IMG/VR virus record: IMGVR_UViG_3300042191_000068
Coordinates: 224 to 64,223 of that record
Strand: one strand, 5' to 3'
Source of the DNA: a virus
Lineage: Duplodnaviria; Caudoviricetes
DNA length: 64,000 nucleotides
The position numbers were made by a program, and so were the translations under genes. Shown here piece after piece: positions 53,866 through 62,337 of this stretch. The notes below the pieces were generated by a model. It worked only from the letters and a program-made list of their open reading frames with translations, had not been told where the DNA came from and made no database searches. Positions within the stretch are counted from its first letter, which is position 1; every line of letters starts with the position of its first letter.

Positions 53866-54201
53866 TTAATACTCCCTTTGATTGTTTTTGAGCATGGCAA
53901 CGAACGCATTCAGATCAGGGGTGAGCGCTTCGGATGGAACGTCAGCCGAGCGATGCAGGATGACTGAAGCAATGGCAACCTGTTGATCGGGCGTGGCCTT
54001 CATGTATTCGAACTGCATATTCTGTAACTCCTGTACCATTCCTTGCCGGTATGCCTTCGACTGCTCGAACGTATCGCGCCGAACCTGCTCGTATTTCGAG
54101 GCGAAGATTTTGTACATAAAGAAGTCATTTCCTTGGATGCCCCACACTGCTCCAAAGAGGAGCACCAGTCCTGCCAAACTTCCTATAATCGTTTCTTTCA
54201 T
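53866..54201 (-). CDS. Membrane-anchored hypothetical protein (111 aa)
   Basis: N-terminal TM; adjacent to the lipoprotein gene. Confidence 0.75.
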   Translation of the reverse strand: MKETIIGSLAGLVLLFGAVWGIQGNDFFMYKIFASKYEQVRRDTFEQSKAYRQGMVQELQNMQFEYMKATPDQQVAIASVILHRSADVPSEALTPDLNAFVAMLKNNQREY

Positions 54202-54216
54202 TATATTTCCTCCTCG

Positions 54217-54240
54217 CTCCGCCCCTTCGAAGGGGCGGAG
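54217..54240. terminator. Perfect 24-nt palindrome/hairpin
   Basis: CTCCGCCCCTTCGAAGGGGCGGAG, between the SSB-like gene and the next SD. Confidence 0.65.
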
Positions 54241-54270
54241 GTATACTAAGTTTACATCCCGCGAAGCGGC

Positions 54271-55320
54271 CTAAAGATCGTCCAGATGCAAGCTATCGAT
54301 GAGTTCAGCATCCGAGACCTCGGATGGGTCGAAGAAGGCTTCGGGCTTCGCCGCAGGAGGCGCAGCCTCCACCTTCGGTGGCTCTGCCTTCGGAGCAGCT
54401 TTCTTCTTCGGAGCAGCCTTTGGTGCAGGCTTTGGAGCCTCCGGCTCGATCCCCAGTCCGAGATCGTCGTCTTCGACGAGAGGAGGTGCAGCCTGCTTGG
54501 CAGGCGGAGGAGGCGCGGGAAGCGCGGGAAGCGCGGGCAACACCGCCCCGTTGGGACTGTCCTTAATAATGTCCAGTACAACCTGTTCCTGCGACATTTC
54601 CTTAACCTTGGCAACAAGTTGCTTCTGCTGCTCCGCTGACTTGCCGTCCCCCACATACCCACCGAACCGAAAGACGAGAATCGACTTGGTGGTAGACAGA
54701 TCGAACCCAATAAGAGTCTTGAACGAGTAGAACGGCACATCCGGCAGGTTGAACTTCACCTGATCCGTGAACTTCCTCCAATTCTTCAGCGACCCTCCAG
54801 GAATTTCGAACTTATAGATCCCGTATTTGGGGATGTAAATTGCAAGCACCTTTTTGTCATTGCAAGCTTTGCCGTCCGTAGGGGCGCCGTTCTGATCGGT
54901 CCCCGATCCGTATTGATTGTGCGGACATGCTGCGCATGTTTCGCATTGGGGCGCCGTAGATGCAGCAGCGGGCTTCAGCCCGTCCAGACTGAAACAATCA
55001 GGGGCTTTCCGCTCGGACTTTGGAGCGTTCGGGTTGTATTTTTCGAGATACCACCCTTTGGATAACGGACCTTTGGCAGCCAACATTATCGCCGGCAGAT
55101 ATACATTGCCCTCCGCGTCGGCAACCAGTGCTGCGGGCGGGTACGGCTTCTCTTCTCCGCCCTCGTCGACAAGGGTGAACTGCTTGCCGGACAGTTTGAC
55201 CTTGGCGGGGAATCCCCCACTTATTCCTGCGGAAGCGTCGGCATAATTTTGCGCTGCGGCTACAGCATCGACAAGGAAACTCGGGACCGACGACTTGTCG
55301 GGAATCATAAGTTCGTTCAT
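54271..55320 (-). CDS. SSB-like / recombination-associated protein (349 aa)
   Basis: PDCFS.DG.KP...C.TCAAC.HNQYGS...GKAC; P/A/K-rich linker; acidic C-terminus. Confidence 0.7.
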   Translation of the reverse strand: MNELMIPDKSSVPSFLVDAVAAAQNYADASAGISGGFPAKVKLSGKQFTLVDEGGEEKPYPPAALVADAEGNVYLPAIMLAAKGPLSKGWYLEKYNPNAPKSERKAPDCFSLDGLKPAAASTAPQCETCAACPHNQYGSGTDQNGAPTDGKACNDKKVLAIYIPKYGIYKFEIPGGSLKNWRKFTDQVKFNLPDVPFYSFKTLIGFDLSTTKSILVFRFGGYVGDGKSAEQQKQLVAKVKEMSQEQVVLDIIKDSPNGAVLPALPALPAPPPPAKQAAPPLVEDDDLGLGIEPEAPKPAPKAAPKKKAAPKAEPPKVEAAPPAAKPEAFFDPSEVSDAELIDSLHLDDL

Positions 55321-55493
55321 TTTACTTCCTCCTTAACTGAAATTTTTCTCCACTCCTTAAAGAGCTTCTCAAGCTCCAAACTTGCCTTCCGCGACCGGGC
55401 GCCCGCGGCTTTGTCTCCATTCATCGCCCTACTATAGGCGTCTAACTTGAACGTATCGAACAGGTAGCAAACCTTATCCACGAACTCTTCCAT
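55317..55493 (-). CDS. Histone H1-like (Hc1-family) small protein (58 aa)
   Basis: NGDKAAGARSRKASLELEKLFKEWRKISV matches the recalled Hc1 core GNKAAG.RARK.SL.LEK..KEFRK.S. Confidence 0.75.
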   Translation of the reverse strand: MEEFVDKVCYLFDTFKLDAYSRAMNGDKAAGARSRKASLELEKLFKEWRKISVKEEVK

Positions 55494-55516
55494 ACTTACT
55501 TCCTCCTTAGCCGCTA

Positions 55517-55717
55517 TTACGGCGCTATCCCTTCGTCCCAAGCGTACGTGTCAGGCCCGTCCCCGCCGTAGTTCCACGCAGCCACCCACTCCCGATACTT
55601 ATCTTGCATTACGGTTCTTACGATCTGGTCGAGTATCCACTGTTTGTGGTGCTCCCCGTCGATGCCTCCATACCGAGCAATCAGGTCCATAACTTCCCGA
55701 ATTCGTTCCTCCTCCAT
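55517..55717 (-). CDS. Phage hypothetical protein (66 aa)
   Basis: YGGIDG.HHKQW.LDQ...WDEGIAP. Confidence 0.75.
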   Translation of the reverse strand: MEEERIREVMDLIARYGGIDGEHHKQWILDQIVRTVMQDKYREWVAAWNYGGDGPDTYAWDEGIAP

Positions 55718-55719
55718 AC

Positions 55720-56529
55720 TTACCCCCTATTAATCTGCACTACCCTTGTAGAGGAGTAGTTAGTTCCTGGAGGCGGCGTCTGACCATCCTTGACGGCCTC
55801 GTCCACTGCCGTTTTACTCACCCTTTTTTCTAAGAAGTGGTTCCTCCCATCCCAGTCCTCCTTGACCCATTTAACAAATTCCGTTGCATCGGCCATCGTC
55901 GCCGAGGTCCGCGTCTTGAAGAACGCGATGCCTATTCCGTTTTTCTTGAAGCTGGTCACGCCGAGCTTATCGAGTTCGGATGTGAGCCATTGCTCGCGCT
56001 TGGCCTGAACGGCTTTGAGCTTCTCGACCTTCTCTTCGTAAATTCTTTTTTCTTCGTCGATCGCATCTCGCGTCTTGATGTACGCAGAGATTACTGCGTC
56101 GGCAGTTACAGCCTTCTTCGCGTCCATTGGCCTGCTTTGCGCAGGAGTCGTGGCTGTACCATTTGCGGACCTGAAGTCTGGAGACTCAGTCCACGTCGGC
56201 TCCGCCCTCGCGGCCTTGACCGCGTCGGCCAGCGTAGTCGCTTTCGCGACGGCTTCTCGTCGATTACTTCCCATGTCAGTACCCTCCTCTTTGATTGCCA
56301 CAAAATGACATAAGTTTACAAGTATCTGCCCCCGGCCCTCGTCCACCCAGCACGCCCAGCCGTTCTCGTGGAGGCCGACGACCTCCGCATTGCGGACGCA
56401 GTCAAAGGCTTCGTCCTTCCACCTGATCTTCGTTCCGGGCACCAAGAGGTGATCCTCTGCGAGGTGGTCGAAGGCCTTGAAAGGCGGCTTCGTCGCTTCT
56501 TGGATTGCGTCTCGCAATTCTTTCTTCAT
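55720..56529 (-). CDS. Coiled-coil phage protein; may be two genes (internal SD and ATG at 56274)
   Basis: YIKTRD...coiled coil...FLEKRVSKTAV; internal SD GAGGAGG before ATG 56274. Confidence 0.7.
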   Translation of the reverse strand: MKKELRDAIQEATKPPFKAFDHLAEDHLLVPGTKIRWKDEAFDCVRNAEVVGLHENGWACWVDEGRGQILVNLCHFVAIKEEGTDMGSNRREAVAKATTLADAVKAARAEPTWTESPDFRSANGTATTPAQSRPMDAKKAVTADAVISAYIKTRDAIDEEKRIYEEKVEKLKAVQAKREQWLTSELDKLGVTSFKKNGIGIAFFKTRTSATMADATEFVKWVKEDWDGRNHFLEKRVSKTAVDEAVKDGQTPPPGTNYSSTRVVQINRG

Positions 56530-56540
56530 CTCTCCCCCTC

Positions 56541-56620
56541 TCCTGCTACGCACCCGATGTGACCTGAACCTCCCGAGTATCAGGGCAAAGCACTATGCCG
56601 TCATCGAGTGCGTAGCAGGA
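56541..56620 (-). ncRNA. Candidate structured RNA downstream of tRNA-Tyr
   Basis: Perfect 13-bp closing stem TCCTGCTACGCAC/GTGCGTAGCAGGA, a further CGATGAC/GTCACATCG helix, and hairpins GGCA-TAGTGCTT-TGCC and CTGA..TCAG. Confidence 0.6.
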
Positions 56621-56626
56621 AATTTT

Positions 56627-56715
56627 TGGTGGGAAGCGATGGAATCGAACCACATGCCTGGAAGGAGCAGGGTTACAGTCTGCCGTCGGACCATCCGACC
56701 TTATTGACGCTTCCC
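56627..56715 (-). tRNA. tRNA-Tyr(GTA), atypical structure
   Basis: GCAGA-CTGTAAC-CCTGC anticodon arm, short variable stem, GGTTCGATTCC T-arm, acceptor GGGAAGCG/CGCTTCCC, ACCA end; abnormal D-region. Confidence 0.85.
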
Positions 56716-56722
56716 AGATATA

Positions 56723-57039
56723 TTACGTTATGCTTAACTCGGCCACGACGCTCAGGTCGTTCTTGGTAGTAGGTACTCCAAGCATGGACAGCTTAGCCGC
56801 GAACGCGTCGGCGTTCGCCCATATCTCCATCAGAGTATCTCCAGGGACGAGCGCTACTACATATGTGTCGCCGGTACAAGCGTTGCCAGCCGTCTCATAC
56901 TCTAGGAGCAACTCCTCCAGGCACTCGCCGAAGTCCCCCCAGCGTTCTGCAGGTAAACCACCGAACTTTTTATGGTTTCGATATTTTCCTCGGTGAGTAC
57001 GACGCCTATCCCGCCTATGGCGGTGTATTCTACACTCAT
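56723..57039 (-). pseudogene. Hypothetical protein split by a -1 frameshift near 56967-56971
   Basis: The SD-bearing frame MSVEYTAIGGIGVVLTEENIETIK stops at 56904-56902; the -1 frame KFGGLPAERWGDFGECLEELLLEYETAGN... runs to 56723. Confidence 0.65.
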
Positions 57040-57081
57040 CATGTCCTCCGTTTCGTCGAAAGACGAAATCTCATTTTCTTA

Positions 57082-57110
57082 ATTGTAACCGGACTGACAT
57101 ATATAGTCAA
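57082..57110 (-). promoter_or_regulatory. Sigma70-type promoter (twin of 521-549)
   Basis: TTGACT-17 nt-TACAAT; 22-nt identity (57069-57090 = 508-529). Confidence 0.8.
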
Positions 57111-57133
57111 GAAGTTTTTTGTAAGGCTGACAA

Positions 57134-58696
57134 CTAAAAATCGTTGCTCTCTTTCGAGAGAGCTAAGACTATATCCTGATACCGCCCGTTCCCTTCAAGG
57201 ACGGAATAAGCCCTCTTCTCCTCTGGAGTAGCGTATATCCGGGCGATGTCGATCTTCGCTGTCTGCTTGCTCCCATCGGTCCGAGCGTTCGCCTGCTGGT
57301 ACTTCTCCGACTTGAGATAGGGAGCGTACCAGATAGACAACGACGCCGTCGTCAGGTCGAGGCCATGGGCCATGCAGTCGGGGTGGCAGAGGAGTATCCA
57401 AGGGTCCTTCAGGGACCGGAACTCTCGGAATACTTGCGTCCGCTTCGCCGGGGAGACATCGCCGTTGACGATGGCTACTGACCATCTCTTCCGCAACTCG
57501 GTGGCAAGTGCCTCAAGGACGCCGGTAAATGGGACGAAGACCAAGACCTTCTCGTTGTTTTCTTCGATCAGTTCTTCAAGGACTGAGAGCCTCGGGCCGA
57601 AGTCCAGCTTGGCAAGCGAGCCGTCTGCGGCATATGCCACGCCACAAGAAATTTGAATTATCTTCGATAATAAATTCGCGGCGTTAACCGCTGTAACCAT
57701 CGACCCCCGGATGTCGGTCGCCGCCTGATTGACGATCTGCCGGTATGCCTTACGCTGTTCCTCGGAGAGCTGCGCTCGTCGCTCGATGTAACATGGCTCC
57801 ATATCGGTGCACACCGTTCGTTCGAACCGGATAGATGGAGAAAGTATCCTTGCTACACTTTTGGCCGAGTCTTTCTTCGGCACCCACTTGAATTGCGAGA
57901 CTTGAAGCATGGTCTCCTGGCGCCATGCGGTGAAGTGACCTTTCAGTTTTTCTGGGGTAATAAGTTTGCTTTGGCCGAAGGCATCAAGTGGACCATTTGG
58001 CGTCGGAGTTCCGGTAAGCCCCCATGCTGCGCGAACAATACCATGCTGGTTAAGCACTACGTTCAGTGGACGCCACAGCGTTTTTGCCTTTGAATTTCGG
58101 ATAGTTGCGCACTCGTCGATGATCACTAGATTGATGTCGTCCCGCTTTCGCAAGTCCTGCTCGATCAACTGCACCCCGTGATGATTTACGATATAGAAAT
58201 CGTGCGGCTTGGCGAGCAACTCAAGACGCTTCTTCCTGTCACCATGCAGTACCGCAAAAGTTCTCAGCGGGAACGATTCGAATATACACCTCTCCCAAAC
58301 GTCCCAGAGGGTAGAGAGTGGGGCGACTATCAGCGTCCGTTTTACCTTGCCTACCTGGCGCAGGTAATCTGCGCTCCACAAAGCGCTAAGCGTTTTGCCG
58401 GTGCGAGGAGCGTTGTGGCAATGACATCGCATATTTAGCGTGAAGAACTCGGAGGTATCAACCTGGTACCATCGAGGAGTATACCTACCTGGCCACGAAT
58501 ATTTTGTCCGTATCGGACTCGGAGCACTGACTCCCAGGTTATTCAGGATCTTCGCGCTCTCAAGCGTGTGGGGTACAGCCAGGAACTTCTCGCCTTTGAT
58601 CGTCGCCTCCTTGAGGAGGGGGAAGACCGAGCGCAATTGCGCTGCGTTCTCGGACCGAAGAACGAGGTGGTTCTGGACTACTCGGACTTGGTGCAC
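57134..58696 (-). CDS. SNF2-like/DEAD-box helicase
   Basis: RTGKT, IIDEC, LTGTPTPN, KVLVF, HGLDLT; GTG start after SD GAGG. Confidence 0.9.
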   Translation of the reverse strand: MHQVRVVQNHLVLRSENAAQLRSVFPLLKEATIKGEKFLAVPHTLESAKILNNLGVSAPSPIRTKYSWPGRYTPRWYQVDTSEFFTLNMRCHCHNAPRTGKTLSALWSADYLRQVGKVKRTLIVAPLSTLWDVWERCIFESFPLRTFAVLHGDRKKRLELLAKPHDFYIVNHHGVQLIEQDLRKRDDINLVIIDECATIRNSKAKTLWRPLNVVLNQHGIVRAAWGLTGTPTPNGPLDAFGQSKLITPEKLKGHFTAWRQETMLQVSQFKWVPKKDSAKSVARILSPSIRFERTVCTDMEPCYIERRAQLSEEQRKAYRQIVNQAATDIRGSMVTAVNAANLLSKIIQISCGVAYAADGSLAKLDFGPRLSVLEELIEENNEKVLVFVPFTGVLEALATELRKRWSVAIVNGDVSPAKRTQVFREFRSLKDPWILLCHPDCMAHGLDLTTASLSIWYAPYLKSEKYQQANARTDGSKQTAKIDIARIYATPEEKRAYSVLEGNGRYQDIVLALSKESNDF

Positions 58697-58944
58697 TTCG
58701 TGACCTCGTTCCCAAAGAACGTGACCATCCCGCCCCATTTTTCCTCGAAAGTTTTTATTTCTTCTGGGGAGAATAACTTAGCGTAGTGCCCTCGTTCGAC
58801 AAGCTCTACTTCGTCTTGATTGTACCACGCCTGTTTTGCGGTGGTTCGATGCTTGAGCGAGAATTGCTTCCCGTCCACATTCATTACCAAGGCAAGAAGT
58901 CCTGACTCCTTTATACGCACTAAGTCTCCAGTATGTAAGATCAT
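58678..58944 (-). CDS. Small SH3/KOW-like hypothetical protein (88 aa)
   Basis: GDLVRIK...G.V...WY..DEVELV. Confidence 0.7.
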   Translation of the reverse strand: MILHTGDLVRIKESGLLALVMNVDGKQFSLKHRTTAKQAWYNQDEVELVERGHYAKLFSPEEIKTFEEKWGGMVTFFGNEVTKCTKSE

Positions 58945-59276
58945 TTTGTCTTCTCCCTCGAACTCGCAACCAACTTCTCATTCTGATAAATCCTGTACTC
59001 CGGCAGATGCCAGCCAATCAAGTCTCCGGACTTCTCGCCGAGAGGACCACATCGCAATTCCATAACAATGTTATGTCTTTTGAGAAACGCAATCAACGCG
59101 TTGCGAGCTACCTTGCTCGACGGACTGTCTTTGCAAAACTGGACAAGTATCTTGAACTGCCCTGCGTCACTGCCGACAAGCTTGGAGATGTTGTTGTAAA
59201 ACCATTGCTCTTGATGGTCGGCTACGCGCCTCCACATCTCCGCCACTATGTTCGTCACTGCCTCTTGCAGGTGCAT
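58941..59276 (-). CDS. Hypothetical protein (111 aa)
   Basis: ATGA-coupled. Confidence 0.6.
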   Translation of the reverse strand: MHLQEAVTNIVAEMWRRVADHQEQWFYNNISKLVGSDAGQFKILVQFCKDSPSSKVARNALIAFLKRHNIVMELRCGPLGEKSGDLIGWHLPEYRIYQNEKLVASSREKTK

Positions 59277-59290
59277 TCCTTCTAGGATGC

Positions 59291-59632
59291 TCACTTCCCC
59301 TCCTTCAGCCACATCTCGAAGAGATGCAGAGTTTCACTTCCGTCAACGACGAAGACGGCTCCAGAGGAGCCGATGATCGCTGCAATCTGCAAAGCTTGCA
59401 GTCCTGTCGGTTTCTTGCCTGGAGCTTTCGCTTCTATCGCGAAGAATTTTCCTTGAAAATGTCCGATGTAATCCGGTATGCCAGTTACGCCGAACGCATT
59501 CTGCGCCGGCATGTAATACCACCCTTGGCTTGCGCCGACCATCTTCCCGGAATCTTTCGCCGAGGCGATGTGCCACTTGTCGAGCAGTCGCTTTATTAGC
59601 GACTTCGTTTTTCCTTCTGGCGTGATGCTCAT
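59291..59632 (-). CDS. VRR-NUC domain nuclease
   Basis: GIPDYIG...FFAIEAKAPGKKPTGLQ. Confidence 0.9.
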   Translation of the reverse strand: MSITPEGKTKSLIKRLLDKWHIASAKDSGKMVGASQGWYYMPAQNAFGVTGIPDYIGHFQGKFFAIEAKAPGKKPTGLQALQIAAIIGSSGAVFVVDGSETLHLFEMWLKEGK

Positions 59633-59820
59633 CCAGCCTCCGTTATTTTATTCCAGATTTTCTCCAAGATCTCCACCTGCTTCGACGAAAGACTCCCTCG
59701 CTCTGCAAGCTGTTCATCGATCGACTCGATGAAGTTCGTCTCCCACTCTGAGAGCAAGGACTCTCGGTCCTCGCAATCAACTATCATTTCCTGCCATTCC
59801 TGGACTTGAGTTCGTTTCAT
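59629..59820 (-). CDS. Hypothetical protein (63 aa)
   Basis: LSEWETNFIESI...LS.KQ...L..IW. Confidence 0.75.
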   Translation of the reverse strand: MKRTQVQEWQEMIVDCEDRESLLSEWETNFIESIDEQLAERGSLSSKQVEILEKIWNKITEAG

Positions 59821-60008
59821 TCTTCCCTCCCCTCAAAAGAACAAGCCAACTTGTCAAGTTTCTCCGCGCACTCGGTGCAGAGGCCGTCGTCCGGCGCAGC
59901 CGGCTGGCCGCAGGAAGCGCAACGAAGTTGCTCAGTTTCTTCTTCACTCATCAGTTCGACCTGACTCGCTAACTCTCGGAGATATCGCCCTCTCTTCCCG
60001 GCGTTCAT
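59817..60008 (-). CDS. Zn-finger protein (63 aa)
   Basis: CASC...CTEC. Confidence 0.65.
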   Translation of the reverse strand: MNAGKRGRYLRELASQVELMSEEETEQLRCASCGQPAAPDDGLCTECAEKLDKLACSFEGREE

Positions 60009-60865
60009 TTCGCCGCCTCCCTGAACCCCTCAACAAACTCCTCCGCAGTAAACGCAGGCCACCCGATCTCTGTAGAAAATCCACTTGCTCGCGCGTGGCC
60101 TCCTCCGCTGAATGCCTTTGCTATGCGCGACACATCGAAGTCTCCTACTGAGCGGAGCGACCACGAGCGAACGTCCTTCCTGTCACAGTATGTTACTGAG
60201 AACGGCGCCTCTGGATATTCTTTGCAAAGGACGTTACCGACCTCAGAGACATTGGCTGAACAGTTACATGCCGGCACTTCCCACTCCTCGCCGTCCAGTG
60301 TGAGGAGCATTGGCCGAACGTTCCTCAGCGCAGACTTGATCTGGTTGTCCTGGAACGCTTTTATGGCGAAACCGAGAGTTTGCGCATGAGTGCGAAACTC
60401 GTCATAACTTGCCAGCTTAGCCCACGTTTCGAAGTCGTGCGGAAGCGTAGCGATAAAGAGGTTGACAACCTCTGAGTCAGGCAGCTCGAACTTCCACAAG
60501 TCTCGGTCCTGAACGTAGGCGAAGAGTGATGGAAGCGGACCTCCATGAAACGCGCCCCAGACCATGACGCACCCTGACCTATATTGGTCGAAGTTTGCAT
60601 AGGACAGTCCTGCGAGATCTCGCTCTGCAGTCTTGTGATGATCAAAAATGGTAACATCATACTTCTCGTTCAGCGCCTCGCAGATCTCCCTCTTGTAGGA
60701 GAAATCGACGATGTAAAGTGTTCTCGTCCCTTCAGGGATCTTCGGCACCGGCTGTGAGTACTGAACCTCAATGTAGTTGGCGTCGTCTTTCAGCTTAAGC
60801 CAAATGGCGAGCGCAGATGCGAAGCCGTCTGCGTCGGCATGGTAAAGCACGGTTACTGCTTTCAT
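60005..60865 (-). CDS. DHH-family phosphoesterase
   Basis: YHADADG, VDFSY, FDHH, QDRDLW, GGGHARASG. Confidence 0.92.
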   Translation of the reverse strand: MKAVTVLYHADADGFASALAIWLKLKDDANYIEVQYSQPVPKIPEGTRTLYIVDFSYKREICEALNEKYDVTIFDHHKTAERDLAGLSYANFDQYRSGCVMVWGAFHGGPLPSLFAYVQDRDLWKFELPDSEVVNLFIATLPHDFETWAKLASYDEFRTHAQTLGFAIKAFQDNQIKSALRNVRPMLLTLDGEEWEVPACNCSANVSEVGNVLCKEYPEAPFSVTYCDRKDVRSWSLRSVGDFDVSRIAKAFSGGGHARASGFSTEIGWPAFTAEEFVEGFREAAK

Positions 60866-61008
60866 TCATAATCCTCCTCATAATAATCGGCGGAGCCGTA
60901 TTCGTACTCATCATCCGAGAAATCAAGTTCTTCCGGATCGTCGTCTCCGATGTCAGGTACTTGCGCATCGTACTTTTCCTGCGCTCGGTCGAATTGTTCT
61001 TTGTTCAT
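60862..61008 (-). CDS. Highly acidic small protein (48 aa)
   Basis: Manual ORF; 20 D/E versus 3 K/R. Confidence 0.6.
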   Translation of the reverse strand: MNKEQFDRAQEKYDAQVPDIGDDDPEELDFSDDEYEYGSADYYEEDYE

Positions 61009-61020
61009 TTTGGGGGCTCC

Positions 61021-61269
61021 TTAGTTGGCGAGAAGCTCTAAAAACCGCCACGCTGCAGCTTGCAGAGGTGAAGGAACACCCATATCCGTAGTCGTACCAG
61101 AGCCGTGCGGCCAGCTGGTCCAGTGTTCAAGTTTCCCCTCTCTAGTCACATAGCAGCCATCTTCGAGTACCTTCTTAGTAATGTACTCCTTGACTACAGC
61201 TTTCGCGGTTTCGTCGTCAAGTTCCACCGTTCTCGTTTCTTTTTGATACACCGTAATTTTGTCGCTCAT
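61021..61269 (-). CDS. Hypothetical protein (82 aa)
   Basis: SD GGAGGAAGGAG. Confidence 0.7.
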   Translation of the reverse strand: MSDKITVYQKETRTVELDDETAKAVVKEYITKKVLEDGCYVTREGKLEHWTSWPHGSGTTTDMGVPSPLQAAAWRFLELLAN

Positions 61270-61970
61270 CTCCTTCCTCCATTCTTTTTGCCACAATGCG
61301 GGCAGTTTGAAACGTCGCACCACGCCTTGCAAAGGCCACCTGGACGGGGACCAAAGGACTCAGTGGACCACGCCGTTTCCATCCTCCGGACCCATGAAAA
61401 GATCTCCTCCCAAAGTGAAGGAATCTGTTCCTTCTTGAAAACCTCGCCCGTCGTCGTCGCGGCGTGTTTCAGCCAGATGTACCGCAGATTAAATTGGTCA
61501 AGCTCCGGATGGAGCAAGGAAACGAAGCACGCGTTAATTTTTAACTGAAGACTGTTCTCGCGGATGTTGCCCGACTTCCAGTCACCTACAAAGCAGTTCT
61601 TGCCTTTCAGGGCAAGCACGTCAATCTGGCAGCGCCCGTAAGCATCCTTTGCGAACCATTTGACGAACTTCATATCTCGGTTTATCGCCAGTTGTTTCTC
61701 GGTAAATATCTGCCCTCCGGAGGCACATGCTTCGATCACCCGGCAGTACTTCTCGCCGCGAGCATAGCCGGCGGGCAACGCCTGCTTCTCCTTGAGACGA
61801 AGCTCAAGAGCTTTGTGCTCTTCCGTCCCTGCCCGCATGGCCTCGGTCTCTACGTAAGGGATCGTTTCGTAGAAGCGCTTGGCTCCGTATTGAGCTGGAC
61901 AAGTGACGAAATCACTTATTGCGGATGGGGACCAAGAAAAGTTCTTATTTCGGGCGTTCTTGGGGATCAC
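61266..61970 (-). CDS. PD-(D/E)XK (Cas4/RecB-like) exonuclease
   Basis: SWSPS...CP, GTEEH, IDV...GDWKSG, C-terminal LCKAWCDVSNCPHC. Confidence 0.85.
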   Translation of the reverse strand: MIPKNARNKNFSWSPSAISDFVTCPAQYGAKRFYETIPYVETEAMRAGTEEHKALELRLKEKQALPAGYARGEKYCRVIEACASGGQIFTEKQLAINRDMKFVKWFAKDAYGRCQIDVLALKGKNCFVGDWKSGNIRENSLQLKINACFVSLLHPELDQFNLRYIWLKHAATTTGEVFKKEQIPSLWEEIFSWVRRMETAWSTESFGPRPGGLCKAWCDVSNCPHCGKKNGGRR

Positions 61971-62146
61971 TCTTTCTCCTCCCCTCTGCAGGCGCACAGC
62001 GCTCTCCAGTTTGCATCCGCTCTGGCAGTTTGGTATGCGAGCTTTTCCTCAAGATCCTTTACATCTTCAAACAGGACGTATTCGCCGTCCGATTCTTCCT
62101 CCATTACCACCACCCCCCACTCCAAACGGGCATCATATCTTTTCAT
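61967..62146 (-). CDS. Hypothetical protein (59 aa)
   Basis: Manual ORF MKRYDARLEWGVV...DGEYVLFEDV. Confidence 0.65.
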   Translation of the reverse strand: MKRYDARLEWGVVVMEEESDGEYVLFEDVKDLEEKLAYQTARADANWRALCACRGEEKE

Positions 62147-62337
62147 TTTACCCTCACAACGTTGCCGGACCGGTTATACATCTCTACCGAAGAAATTGGT
62201 TCCCACACCTCCTCAGTTATATCTACTATGTCTCCATCGTCATCTACGTAAGGCGCGTCGGAAAAGTCCGATACACACTCAACCTCCATATCATGAGGAT
62301 ACTCTTGAAGTGCCTTTATGGGGTCTTCGACTGTCAC
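62143..62337 (-). CDS. Acidic hypothetical protein (64 aa)
   Basis: GTGA-coupled. Confidence 0.6.
   Translation of the reverse strand: MTVEDPIKALQEYPHDMEVECVSDFSDAPYVDDDGDIVDITEEVWEPISSVEMYNRSGNVVRVK

Noticed and set aside
56560-56585. Similarity of TACTCGGGAGG to the SRP/Alu RNA sequence
   Set aside because: An 11-nt match with no SRP S-domain (GGAA/AGCAG) nearby; likely chance.
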